DNA of 63,423 bases, the filler included, from Octopus bimaculoides (taxonomy: Eukaryota), in the NCBI RefSeq assembly GCF_001194135.2. It is 6 parts of 6 records of this genome, joined end to end, with 100 filler letters (N's around TTAATTAATTAA, not from the genome) between each part and the next. Parts side by side here need not be neighbours in the genome. Positions count along the whole stretch, not along the records: positions 1 to 13,091 come from NC_068987.1; 5 more parts are not named here. One strand, 5' to 3'. How positions within the stretch are numbered: position 1 is the first letter of the stretch; every line of letters begins with the position of its first letter. The position numbers and the translations under genes were made by a program. Shown here one piece after another: positions 1 through 13,191 of this stretch. Under the pieces are notes generated by a model. The model saw only the letters and a program-made list of their open reading frames with translations. It was not told the origin of the DNA and ran no database searches.

Positions 1-974
1 TATATATATATATACATATATATATATATACATATATACATACATACACATATAATATAACTTCATTGAGAATTACAAATCCAGCTACATATCTTGTAAG
101 CGCTTTGCAGCTATCCAAACTTAGTTAACAATATTAATGAAAAGGTGTCTATAAAATCCAAATGAAATGAAATTTATATCCGCCGCTGTACTCCAGGATA
201 TATAAGGAAGCCCAAATTTTTGTCATAGGAGAATTTCGAAAATAATCGAGAGTATATTGAAATGGTATAAACTAGAATGAAGGATAATACACTATTAATA
301 CAAGATTACACCATACGTATGCCAAGACGTTTTTCTATTTTGCAATTATCTTCCGATATAATAATTTCAAACATTTTATACAAACAGATATTTAAAGTCT
401 ACTCATTCCCTTTGAAATCAAAGAAGAAATTAAGTTTTAGCATTAATACTAGGAATAATTAAGTACACGGGAAGAGAATGCTGGGAGATAAAAAACTGAA
501 ATGAAATATGATAAGTTAATATACAATATATGATGTATAATACACACGCACACAGAAACACACAGAAACACACACGCACATTCACGCAAACACACAAACA
601 CACACACATACACAAACACACAAATGTTATGAACGAGTACATTAGATTATTATCGCGAATATATACTTAGAAACAGCATCCACTATCTATTCTCTCAGCT
701 GAAGCCATCTGCGTTATACTATACCTCACTCTCGACAGTCCCTGCGTTGGAATGAATCTTATAATCGACCGTAGAATACCTGTCGTGAGTGTACTCCTAT
801 GAGATTTTGCATACATGTTGGGTATTTGGTCAGTAGATATATGCATAAGTGGAGGGATAAATCTGTATTTACTTTGGTGAGAACGTGTGTGTCCATATTA
901 AGTTTAATATGGACGTGTGTGTCCATATTAAGCTTTAAATCATATATATGGGTGTGTATTTTTATGCATGTATA

Positions 975-1050
975 TCACTCTCTGTCTTTCACTCTCTGTC
1001 TTTCACTCTCTGTCTTTCACTCTCTGTCTTTCACTCTCTGTCTTTCACTC
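975..1050. repeat. 14-bp tandem repeat (TCACTCTCTGTCTT)n
   Basis: About 5 consecutive copies visible, grading into a (CT)n/(TCTG) microsatellite. Confidence 0.85.
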
Positions 1051-1789
1051 TGTCTCTCTCTCTGTCTCTCTCTCTTTCTCACTCTCACTCTTTCTGAATA
1101 TATATATGCATATATATATATGTATACATATATTATATATACATGATAATCTAGATTATAAATTTAAAAATGCTAATAAACTCATCGACATGCGATCATG
1201 CGACATCGAGCATTACAAAAGAGAACCAACATCTCCGAATTCATATCGACGAGTAAAGTTGGCATTCATCTCCATATTTCCATGCTGAAGAGTAGAAGTA
1301 AATAATTATGTGCAATTCGAATACACTATGAAGATGAAGAATTGTATTCTCGCATTTATGTATAAACTTCCTTTTGGGAATCTGATGAGAAACAGCTGTT
1401 AGCTTTGTTATATCTTGCTTTGTATCAATAAACAACTTTTAAATGTGGTCCAATCGATGTACTTGTTTGTCTATTTTTTTCTCTATTTTCTAATTATTTG
1501 CATTGGCTCCTGATGAACTTTTGTTTATCCTATTGTCACCTGCGCTCGATGTATCTGGTGTCCTAGAACACCATTGCCCGAGGATAAGGCAGATAACGGA
1601 TACTGATACTGTATACGGATATTTTATCCTTTAGTCGGTTACTAAAACCGAGAAACTTCACGTGGAAATGTAAGGGGAAACTAAGCAGAAAAATAAGAGA
1701 AAATGCAAATTGGAAATGAAAAAGAAGGTAAGGCTTTTTATGAAAAGTAACGATATATATATACAATTAGATGAACTGAGGTAGGAATA

Positions 1790-2380
1790 AAGGTAATAAA
1801 AGTCATTATTGTGAGTTATTAAAGAGACTTACAAGTATACCGGTTTCGTGATATTACTAGTCATTGCTTTGAGTATACACCGAATTCTGAACGGTGTCAA
1901 GTCTATTAGTCCCTTACTGAAAAGATTATGTGTAAGGGAGGTAAGTAGTTCTGAATTTGTAGTGTGAATGGTGTATGTGATGTATGGGGGTTAGTGATAT
2001 TAAATGGAAGATTAGTGGTGTTCTATATTATGCTATGTGTTTATATTTAGTTGAGGAAGTTATTTATTAATGAAAATTGCCTCTTTATTCATTCTTTGTT
2101 GTGTTGATGTGTTCTGTGAACATTGATAGAAGGGAAAAATTGGGAAATTAGGATTAAGATTCCTCGCACACCTTTCTATGAGTCCACTGACCTGTATCTG
2201 TCTGTAATGTGGGTGGCGGATTTGTTCTTTGTGGAGAGTAGTCCTTCTACGGAGTAATAATCCCGGTTGGCCAATATAGTTATTACTACATCCTAAGCAT
2301 GTGATGGCATAGATTAGATTTTCCGAGGCACAGGTGAAATTTGATTTCATCTTAAAGATTTCACCTTGTTTAAAGTAGAA
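1790..2380 (-). mobile_element. Penelope-like element 3' remnant (GIY-YIG endonuclease plus 3' region)
   Basis: ORF 2060..2455(-) contains FTCASENLIYAITCLGCSNNYIGQPG...RRTTLHKEQIR, the IY...CxxC...YIG layout of PLE GIY-YIG domains. The ORF's N-terminal part is microsatellite and N. Confidence 0.8.
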
Positions 2381-2496
2381 TGCATATAAATATGTGAGTA
2401 TATATATANNNNNNNNNNNNNNNNNATATATATTTATATACATGCGTACATACACACATACATATTTATATACGTATACATATGTGTGTGTGTCTA

Positions 2497-2864
2497 TGTA
2501 TCCCTTAAAAGTGGATCTTCTATTAGAATACAGAACGCTGTGACAATTATCATGAGCGATCGTCTAATACGAACGTTTTGGTGCGTATAAGCACGTTTTT
2601 TTATATCACCAGCGAGAGACATATCAACTGCCGAGATTACCAGATCACGTAATTTCGGCTTTAGCTTTCTAATAAGCTCACTGGCTATTCGCCACACCAG
2701 TGCCTAATTGGCCATTCAGCTTCTATGGACGTTCCTCGTGGAAATATAACTCTTCTATCTAGCGGTCAAACGTCTATTATTGACAAGACAAGGTACGGTG
2801 TAATAAAGTGATTTGCAAGTTCCGGAGGTGGCGATCATGAGTGATTTATCTTTAAAGGGATACA
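2497..2864. mobile_element. MITE-like element with ~15-bp terminal inverted repeats
   Basis: Left end TGTATCCCTTAAAAG; right end reverse-complements to TGTATCCCTTTAAAG. Non-coding interior, embedded in TA/TG microsatellite. Confidence 0.6.
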
Positions 2865-3047
2865 CAGACACACACACACATATATACGTATATAAATATG
2901 TATGTGTGTATGTACCTATGTATATATATATATATATATATACACTCACATATTTATATGCATACATGAACCTATATATGTATATACACATATATATGTG
3001 GGCATATATATGTATATATAGGTGTATATATATATATATATGTATAT

Positions 3048-3091
<44 letters not shown>

Positions 3092-5460
3092 GAGGTATAT
3101 ATGTTTTTTCTTATGAGTATATATTAACACTTATTTACGCTTACTGGAAACGAAGATAAAATATTGATATTGTACATATAAATCATGCATACTATTCTGC
3201 ATTAACATGCCGCATTACATAGTTACGTATACACTTATAAACCTCTATTCTATATACATACACACACAGAGATCTGTGTATATAATATATATGTATATAT
3301 ATATATATATTAATGCACATATACATACCTATGCATATATAACAGTAACTATTTGTCTATTATATGTATAAATACCCACACATACATATGCCCTAATCAC
3401 CTACCGTTTCATGATATTACATTGCAAATGTGAGCAACACTAATCAATATTATGTGTCCATTCAGTGTATCACTTTATATCACATGATAAATATATGTAA
3501 GTCATTTAATTATCAACAATTGTTGAAATACTTTGTTTGAAAAGTGAACTTTTATTCTTTTTCTCTCTGCTGTCTCTAAATCTTTGATGTAATGGAATTT
3601 CTATATTTTATAGCTTGGGAAATGTAAACTTCATAGCAACTATCAATTTCCTATAGAATATCGATAGTTGATATGGAAAAAAAGAGGACATGAAAATGAA
3701 TACAAACATAACATGCATATATACAACTATTCTCAAACTGATACTTAATTTTCTAAACATATACACACTTACACTAATATCCGGGAAGATAGACATAAAA
3801 ATACTAGAAAGAGTATTCACGGAAACGTGCGTAATGACGCTTACCCCATCTCTCTACTCTCTCTCTCTCTTGCTCTCTCTTTTTTCTCTCTGACTTCATA
3901 TATACACACACATATATATATATGTATGTATACATATAAATATATGTATCTCACTCACCTCATGTCTCCGTATTCACAAACATATATATATATGTGTATT
4001 TATAAATAAATACATACATNNNNNNNNNNNNNNNNNNNNNNNNNNNNNNNNNNNNNNNNNNNNNNNNNNNNNNNNNNNNNNNNNNNNNNNNNNNNNNNNN
4101 NNNNNNNNNNNNNNNNNNNNNNNNNNNNNNNNNNNNNNNNNNNNNNNNNNNNNNNNNNNNNNNNNNNNNNNNNNNNNNNNNNNNNNNNNNNNNNNNNNNN
4201 NNNNNNNNNNNNNNNNNNNNATATATATATATATATATATATATATATACGTATAATTTATCTATCTATCTGTCTATCTGTCTATTTATATATATATACA
4301 TATACATTCAGATACTGAGGAAGCGAATGGGAAGGAAATGGGAGTAATTGAGCTCCACCTAAAAAAAAGGCAGTGTTCAATACGTTTCTAGTTTAATAAT
4401 TATTGAGCAACTAGAAGGTTCAATGCCTCGTATTGTGCTAATGTTTCATCTCGTCTTGGGAATATACGTGCGTGGCAAAAAACAGAATGAATGTTGTTTA
4501 TAGAGATGCATGCTATTATTTAGATGTATTTAAATTCTGTATAAACTAAACAGGGCAGACATTTTTGAGAATGTTTCTATTTTTAGTGGTTTATAATAAT
4601 GTATGCTTCCCTGTGTCCATATTCACTTGTATCACTGTAATTTTTCGTTAGAAAACAGATAGTGAGATGACTTTGCTATTTACTTTATTGTTTGTTTTAG
4701 ATGTCTATGATTGGTAATCGGGATATTTATACGAACTAGAAAATACATTTAATATGTCAGATGTAATGCGTGACAGAATATGAATCCTAATACTGAATAC
4801 TTTTATCTGAAGCTCATTAGTGTGACTGAATTATGTGTTAGATTGGAGTTAAAGTGGCAGAGTTTTGAAAGAGTATTTCAAGAAGTATCTTTTGTTTTGT
4901 TTTGTTTTGTGAGATGTGTGCTTCAGTAGTGTGAGAGATTGACGTTAAAGTGAATGCCTGAAATTTGTGTGGTTCGATGTGTGTGCGAGGAGAGTAACGT
5001 GTCATGATCATTGTGGATTCACACAAATAAGTGTAACGAGTAAATGTACTAAATAAACTCAGCAGTCTAGTTCTAAGGAACACTGATATTTTCTACTCCT
5101 TTAATTTGATGTTTTGTGCCTAAGCAAGAAATCAATTGCACGCTCCAACATAAACAAGAGCAAAAAGCGAAATTCCATCGCAACTACTTCGCTCGAATGT
5201 ACCTATTGTATCGTAGATGACTTCTCCGACAGCAGCAAACACATTATTTACGTGAAAAGATGACTTCAGGAATTTTCAGCGATATAATTTGACCAAACCT
5301 CTTTACACTATCTGTGGAGCATAAAGGTGTTTGGTTAAGACCTATTTAGAGAGTAACAATACCAATTCATAGAAGTATATATTAAATACCTATCTTTTGT
5401 TTTTATATCTACTTATTTTACATACAAACAAATACATCTTTGCAAACGCACGCAGTGTTA

Positions 5461-5500
<40 letters not shown>

Positions 5501-6672
5501 CTTAAAATTTCCTTTCAATTTTATTTGAGTATGACTAAATCGTGTTTCTAAGTGACTTAAACTGGTAACATACTCGTATTTGATAAAACAGTAAATAGAC
5601 TCTTTTATCCATTAGAAATTTCTTTAAGTATTTTCTTTTTCTTTATCACAGCAAGTTTATTTGTGTGAAAGTTCTTACTATATATATATATGTATATATA
5701 TAATCTGTGGGTGTTTAGGCGTGTTAAATTTTATCGATTTTATTATATTCTGTACAATGCTCTGAATGGTGCCAGCGGCAAGTTTTCTAATTGTGGAAAG
5801 CAATCTATACATGCCAAAACAAGAGAGCATATGTCTTTATTTAAAACACAACTTAGGTAATTCTCGTAAATATAAATCTAATGACAGCATCTACAGAAAA
5901 GTAAAGAATATTGACTGTAATAAAAGAATAATGAAACGATAAAAAAAGTTTAACTTTAGAACATATTATTTACATAAATGTGAATACATTTCTAAATTCT
6001 TCCTAATTTATTCTAAGTATTTGTATTTTTTAAATCGAGAAATCTGCAAATGTAAGCGAATGGAAAATTTGTTAATAGTCTAAAAAATAAAAAACGAATG
6101 ATGAAAGTTTTGAAGAATAAAACAATCCCAAATATATATCGTGTTGTAAATTTTTTCGCTCTTGAAACTTGCCCTGGAAATAACATCCATTGTATATAAA
6201 TGTTATAAATTAAATATGACATTTATAGCAAGCAATTTAGATTTTTACTTGTGGGTATGGAAATATAAATTGATGTAACTGCAAGACTCCTACCTATCTC
6301 ATTACTAATATAAATACATGCTTCCATATTTTCAAAAACTTTCAGTTTAATTTAGTTGTTCTTATAAATTATATCTTACGAAATAACGTGCGCGTGCTTT
6401 ACAGACAAACAATTGACATTCTATTATATTCACATTTTTAGGGTTTTCTGAAATGCAACGCATATCATTCTGCCTATTACACCCGGAGAAGTAACTTGTT
6501 TACATGAAATATATTTTAACACCATTTATAAGACAAACTGATAGTGCTGTCCTTTCCCTTAGATTCACCACCAGCAGCCAAAATAATTTATATAAAACAA
6601 AGATTTGATTAATTTTAATATATTTTATTAAAAATCTAAGTATAAGTAATTATGCGACCAAGAAAAAGAATG

Positions 6673-8225
6673 TTAGTCAATAACTAATACTTTATTCTGA
6701 ATAAGTTTCGCAATTGTTATGACCTCATTTGCGAACTGACCTCGTCTAGCTTTCATATCTTGATGCAAAGCCCTGATCATGTTTACAAACATCTTTGGGC
6801 AAACTATTTCCCTTATAATTAGCCACAGAGCATTTCGCTTAATAGTATCGAATGCTTTGCTCAAATCAACAAAACAATGGTATAGAGAAGGTTTCTGTTC
6901 AATGCACCTTTCTTGTAATTGTCTGATAGTAAAGATAAAATCAGCTGTTCTCCTGGAGGAACAAAACCCACACTTTGACTCAGACACCATATTTGGGACT
7001 ATGAAGGCATTAAACGTTCTAACAAAAAGTGGGCAAGCATCTTTCCAACCACAGACAAAAGCGAAATCGCACGAAAATTACCACACAGATCCTTTGGCCC
7101 CGCTATATACAAGGAAATTAAATGGCATCAGTCCAGTCTTGAGGCACTTAAGATTTGAAACATTTTGCCACCTTATATTTCAAGATTTCTGCACAGACTC
7201 CATCAGCCAGTGGAGACTTATTACTATTTAACCTATTCACAGCTAAATAAATGTCATTTAGATTTGGTTCAAATGTCATCTCTTCTTTACTAGAAGGTGT
7301 TCGATTTTTTTCTATCGTTCTCATGCCAGCGGATGATTGTCTCTTCAAAAGTGCAGAAAAATGTTCTACCCAGTGCTTATGAATAGAAGCCGTGTCAGTC
7401 AGAAGCAAACGTCCATTTGCTGTTCTTACTGGAGCTATTGAAAAAGGTTTGGGGCTAAAAACCTCCTTTACATAAGAGTACTAACTTTTGGCATAATTTC
7501 TATCAGCTGCTTCTTGCGCCCCCTTTGCTCTATCATTCCGCCATTCCTGTTTAATTTTCCTTAGAGCAGCCAGCACTTTCCTTTACAGCTTTGTGTAAGC
7601 TTCGTTTGAGTTGGGGTTCAAGGAGTGAGAAAGAAGTGTATTGCCTAAGTTTTGTTTTTCTGAAATACTTTTGTTTTTGAATCTTCCCATAGATTGTTTG
7701 TTTGAAGATTGATACTTTCTATAGCATCGTGGAATATTTACAAGTAGTTTGATAAATTAAAGTTCGCAACATTAAACTTTTTGAGTACCTTAGGATTAGA
7801 CTGTCGATTTTTAGGCATCATCTAAAAATCTATTTTCCACGACGGTCAGTCCAGCTCTCTGTTACTCTCATTGCCCGAACACTAGAAACGTCTTTCATAT
7901 CACGTTTTCTGATCAAAATATTATCTATGAGATGCCATTGCTTCGATATTGGGTGCATCCATGTGCTTTTATATTTCTTTTTCTGCTTAAACAGAGTGTT
8001 GGTGACAATGAGATTAATGTCAGTACAAAACAGGCCATGGATCATAAACCTTTTCAACTTTTGCATTGAAATCTCCCAATATGACCAGCTTGTCAGGAAT
8101 TGATACTTTCCACAATAATTGTGCTAGATCATCATAAAACTCCAACAGTTTTATCAGAATGGGACATTGTTGGTGCATAAATACTGACAACGCTAAGAAA
8201 CCTACCTTTTGTCAGTTTATTACCA
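6673..8225 (-). mobile_element. RTE-clade LINE fragment (AP endonuclease C-terminus, linker and RT N-terminal motifs), pseudogenised
   Basis: ORFs 7830..8066 (TWMHPISKQWHLIDNILIR), 7148..7408 (WVEHFSALL...KSPLADGVCAEILK) and 6673..6990 (CGF...DFIFTIRQLQERCIEQ...FVDLSKAFDTI) are collinear RTE motifs broken by stops and frameshifts. Confidence 0.9.
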
Positions 8226-10554
8226 CTTCACTACTCCACGTCGATCACCGGAGTGATATGTGATCACTTTATAGAGTGATCAAATATATATGCGCACACA
8301 CATATATTATTGCATTGCGTATATTAAAACCCACATAACATTTTACCGTATTCTTTTTTTTATACTTTTATATTTTTTAACCCTAAGGCTGTGGCCATGC
8401 TGGGGTGTACTTCGTAATTTTGCTTTTCATTGACAGCTTATGTATATATATGTGCACTTGCGTGCGCATATTCTGCTGCGTTAAATACATTAATAGATGA
8501 GCGTAATATACCTTTTGTAAGTTCAAATCAGTGTTAAGTGGTTGTCATCAAGCTCCCCACCCTTGTAGAGCACCAGTTAACAATGTCGAAATTGTCTGAC
8601 ATTCTAATCTAGCATTTCATAGGGAAGAGCGACCTGATAAGTAACACCTAACAATGGTATGCAACTTAGAGGAAATAATAATAGCCTGAGTTACTACAAT
8701 ATTTCTTATTTCACATTCTTATCCACGTATACATCTCCTACAGATGAAAAGTCTCTTAGGTTTGATTTCTCAACTTGAACGATTTATACATACATACATA
8801 CAAGCGTACAAAGAATACAACAACGCGAGGACGTGCTACATGTATATTATTAGCAGACGCTCAGATATATACATATACATATACATATACATATATATAT
8901 ACTTACATATATATCTATACATGTATATCTGTGCGTGTTTTATAGATATTCTTACATACACATTGACGCACACGTGTGCATGTTCTGCTTATCATTAAAT
9001 TTGTCGACGTGTTTCCGATTCAGGTTCCGTCAAACTAGATGTGCTGTAATATCTGGATATGTCAGCCACGGTTTTCCTTCTGTATATTAATTTTCTAATT
9101 CCTAGGACGTATTTCACATTTTAACCTCATAAGCCCGAATTACAGAATATGCTGTCACTTGTCTTGTGCCCGAAGCAGGTTTAGAGAAATCTGAAAATAA
9201 ACACCTTGCATGGATAAAAGCCACCCAATGCTTCAATTATATTAACATTTCTATAACGTTTTCGAAAGTGAATACAGAGTAAATAATGTTTAAATTGATG
9301 TGAAGAAATTCTTTGATGAAAATATAACATATCTGTAAAATCTAATGCAAGAACAGAAAAATATAAGACGCAAAAGCGAGCAGAATAAATAATGAAAACG
9401 TGACACAAACGAGTAATTAGAATATTTATGTTGATAAAAAAATCTATACTTAAAATTTGCATACCTAAGTTATCCAGAAAATTGTCATGTCATAAAGATG
9501 ATATAGTTTATGCGTACGTTTTCAAGGTGATTGCTATGAAAGGGTCTCTATATTTGTCACTCGATTTGCTAGAGAGCTCTGCCCGAACATCCTCAAGTAA
9601 CATTGTAAAGAATATAAATTACTTTGGAAACTGTATTGGTAAATATATAAAGGGTTGATATGAAAAGGCGTGGATCAATGCTAAGTCTGTTCGTTTAGGG
9701 CTCATTTGGAAGACAATCAAATGAGTGCTTTCATTTCAAACAATGAAATGTCCTCCTAGATACACAACAGAACGAGATGATCATGGCTATAACATCTTAG
9801 TTTCTAGGTCTACTCAGTTAGTGTTGGTGAGGAGGATAAGCAAGACAGTGTCTTGCATTTAGTAACCTGTCTCCCCGAGGAGGAGGAAAATACCCATGAC
9901 AGTTTTCGAGCCCCGAAGAAGATGGAAAAAGAGAGGAATTTATATTTCAGACCGGATATCTGGTCCTAATATCTTATCCGAATGCTTACAATAGACTGGA
10001 TTTGGTAAAAACTTCTAAGGATCGAGTGATTTGTTTAATTACAGGGCGATGGATTAAGTCGTTGATTTTCGTCAGCAGCGGAAATTACGTCGAAAAACTT
10101 TCGTTGTATAACTCTAGCTTTTGAGCAGCTTCTAATATTTATGATACGAGATCGATTACTATATCTATTTACATACATTTTTCTATTTCTATTTCATTTT
10201 CACTAATACTGAGATGAGGAATACTAATTTATCTCTCATATACAAAAAAATTGGAATATTTTTTCACAACGTTTCCTAATGTTCTAAGAGAGAAAAAGAG
10301 GGGAAAAAACCCATATTTCATCGTTCTTGTAACACATATGGGAATGCAATCTCTCAAATGATTTTACTATATATTAAAACTGTACTTGAAATGTTACTTA
10401 TTCCTTAAAATGATATTGATTCATTTAAGAAATAAATTCAAAGACCAAAGAAAGTTCTATGATAACTAAATATATTAACCAATGTTTTATAGGAAAGAGC
10501 ACAATCATAGGGAATCTCATATCTTGCTAACAACAAGCAGTATTATACCACATG

Positions 10555-10777
10555 CAAAGGCGGCGAGCTAGCAGAATTGTTAGCACGCCGGGCAAAATGT
10601 ATAGCAATATATCGCCCATCGCTATGTTCTGAGTTGAAATTCCGTCGAGGTCGAGTTTGCAATTCATTCTTTTGGGGTCGACAGATTAAGTTCCAGTTGA
10701 GTATTGGGGTTGATGTAATCGGCTAACCCTCTCTCTCCAATTTCAGGCCTTGTACCTATAGTAGAAAGGATTATTAT
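10555..10777 (+). mobile_element. tRNA-derived SINE, family 1
   Basis: Head AAGGCGGCGAGCT..GCAGAA with A-box-like and B-box-like (GAGTTGAAATTCC) motifs, and an (ATT) tail. Many near-identical copies in the window. Confidence 0.85.
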
Positions 10778-11273
10778 ACTACGTGCAATAACGTTTATCA
10801 AGGCGCAACGGTGAGACAATTATATCCGGATTAAGGAATGAAAGATATTTTCCTTATTACAATAAATCATACTGAATCCCAAACATATACTCCACAGTGA
10901 GCCATACACACGTTCATGTTTTGTAGACGATAAAATACACATGGGTTAAAAAAAAAAGTTGTTGTCACTTGAACCATGAGAAACATTAGTCATCTTATAT
11001 TTACCAAAGTGTGTGTTTTACGAATGTAGTGATTTATGACATTTTTACAAAGATACTATAGTTTATATTGTATAGCTCTAATGGCAAAACTCTGCCTGTT
11101 AAACTTTTTATTTTTTAACAACCAGCTATTATTGTGTCACTCATATATGTACTTGTATTATATGATTAAATATACACTTCTTATAATGTGATATTGGGAG
11201 GAAATTTTTTCAAAGTGTACCAGTGTCAGTGGATATAAGGCATTACCGTTGTATTTAAATATATACTGGACCT

Positions 11274-11411
11274 CCAAATTCCGCAGAGATCGACTTTGCT
11301 TTCATCCTTTCAGGGTCTATAAATTAAGTACCAGTTGCGTACTGGGGTCGATCTAATTGACTAGCCCCCTACCCCAAAATTTCGGGTCTTGTGCCTAGAG
11401 TAGAAAAGAAT
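11274..11411 (+). mobile_element. 5'-truncated SINE, family 1
   Basis: CCAAATTCCGCAGAGATCGACTTTGC...GTAGAAAAGAATA matches the 3' two-thirds of the other copies. Confidence 0.85.
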
Positions 11412-12899
11412 ACATATTGGACCTCATGCATATGTGGTGTCTGAAGAAGGAGAATGCAATGAACACATAATTTTACTTTTAATTTTCTATCTTCATTAAT
11501 TGCACAATTAAAGTGAAATAGCTACAATCGGGATTCAAAATAAAGTTCTGTACGCTATATAGATTTGCAGAACTTGGTAATGAAATTCTGTTAATCTAAT
11601 ATGTGTACGTAACGAAAGTCAGTATTAATTTATTATATATTTATTACATATATAAATTTACTTGCGTTAAAATACGATGTACAGTGGAAGATAAACATTT
11701 TCACTATTAAATAGGAATAACTATTCTGATAGAAGACAATAGTGGAGAGGAAGTGGAAGGTTACGTCTATTTCAGTTGATTTACGATGCTTCCTGCATCT
11801 TGCGTGTGAGGTGGTATAAAGTAAAATCGTCATATATGATATACACTCAGTCATTAGAGAATTTCATAACTTTACAAAATATTGAACCGAACAGCAAGCT
11901 GAAAGAAGTGCAGACGTTGGGGGATGGGATGGTAGGTAGAGGAACAGAACGAATCTTTTAATTAAATGACTTATATTGATTCCAATAAGTCACTTTTTAT
12001 ATATCTGAATCTGATTGTTGCTAACCTCTATTTATAGCATTCTGTCATATTTTGAATACACTTTCCACACATATTTGATTTATATGCTATTAGATACGTC
12101 ATTTTTGTAAAGCACATTCAATTGAAAATTGGCACAGACAAAGCACAGATTTACACATACGAAGACATAGAGTGACACACACACATATTATTTATGGTGC
12201 TAATATAGAGTGCCTTTGCACATAATCTATTTAGCATCTGAATTGTAAAAGTGGTATCATAGATAATCACGAGAGGCTTTCTGGGAGGAATATTTGTAAT
12301 AATTATTAAGAATATTTATAACGGTATTAATATGAACGGCAGTTCATCAAAATATTTTGGTAAGATATATTAAATACCGAATAGATTTGATGAAGCTGAA
12401 TTCAGAGAAATAGACCCAAGTCAAAGAAAATAATTCCCGACATTTGTTTTACCATAAAGGAGTGCTGGTGTTCAAATTCCATTACTTAGTTCTAGATCTA
12501 AAGTGATTGACTTAATCTTATTTCTTGAAGGAATGTTTTAGTTAGCAGAGAGATAACATTATTGTTGAAGGCTGAGAAAAAAGTATGCAATTGGAGAAGG
12601 AACATACGTTTACGATTAAATTAAATACTAAAAGTTAACATTATATTACTGATTTTTACAAAGATAATTTTGCCAATGACTCAGGAGTTTCGCATTCTTC
12701 AAACACACACACACACACATGCACACACAATGCGCATGCAGATACACACAAATATATAAACACACACACACACATGCACACACAATGCGCATGGAGATAC
12801 ACACAAATATATAAACACACACATACACACACACACACACAAACTTACATATATTCATTTTTAATATAGACACAAAACAGGAAGATGTGAAACTAGCAA

Positions 12900-13040
12900 C
12901 TCGACTCAAGTGCACAATAGGTACTTATCTTATCGACCCGTTAAGGTTGAACGGCAAAGTCAGAATTTTAATTCAAAACGTAAATACGGAGAAAATGCTT
13001 CAACTTTGCCGGTTGGACTAAAGCTTCTGTCATGTCGCAG
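12900..13040 (-). mobile_element. Degenerate SINE, family 1
   Basis: Reverse-complement similarity (GGTACTTAT..TTATCGACCC...GGCAAAGTC...TTCAAAACGTAAA). Confidence 0.6.
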
Positions 13041-13055
13041 CATTCTACATAGATA

Positions 13056-13091
<36 letters not shown>

Positions 13092-13191
13092 NNNNNNNNN
13101 NNNNNNNNNNNNNNNNNNNNNNNNNNNNNNNNNNNTTAATTAATTAANNNNNNNNNNNNNNNNNNNNNNNNNNNNNNNNNNNNNNNNNNNN
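13092..13191. other. Artificial contig spacer N44-TTAATTAATTAA-N44
   Basis: Exactly 100 bp. The palindromic 12-mer at 13136-13147 places stops in all six frames. Confidence 0.95.

Noticed and set aside
2494-2697. ORF with SLAGDIKK..NVRIR, superficially like BEL/Pao RT (ALAGDxKKAFLQ)
   Set aside because: The match is short, no further RT motifs follow, and it lies inside a TIR-bounded non-coding element.
9465-10130. Higher-complexity segment with a strong minus-strand donor (TAG|GTATGC at 9465)
   Set aside because: All three frames are closed upstream of the donor and no acceptor or promoter can be supported. It could be a UTR but there is no evidence.
13136-13147. Recurrent TTAATTAATTAA as a biological motif (homeodomain or PacI-like site)
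   Set aside because: It is always centred in exactly 88 Ns, so it is an artificial spacer.
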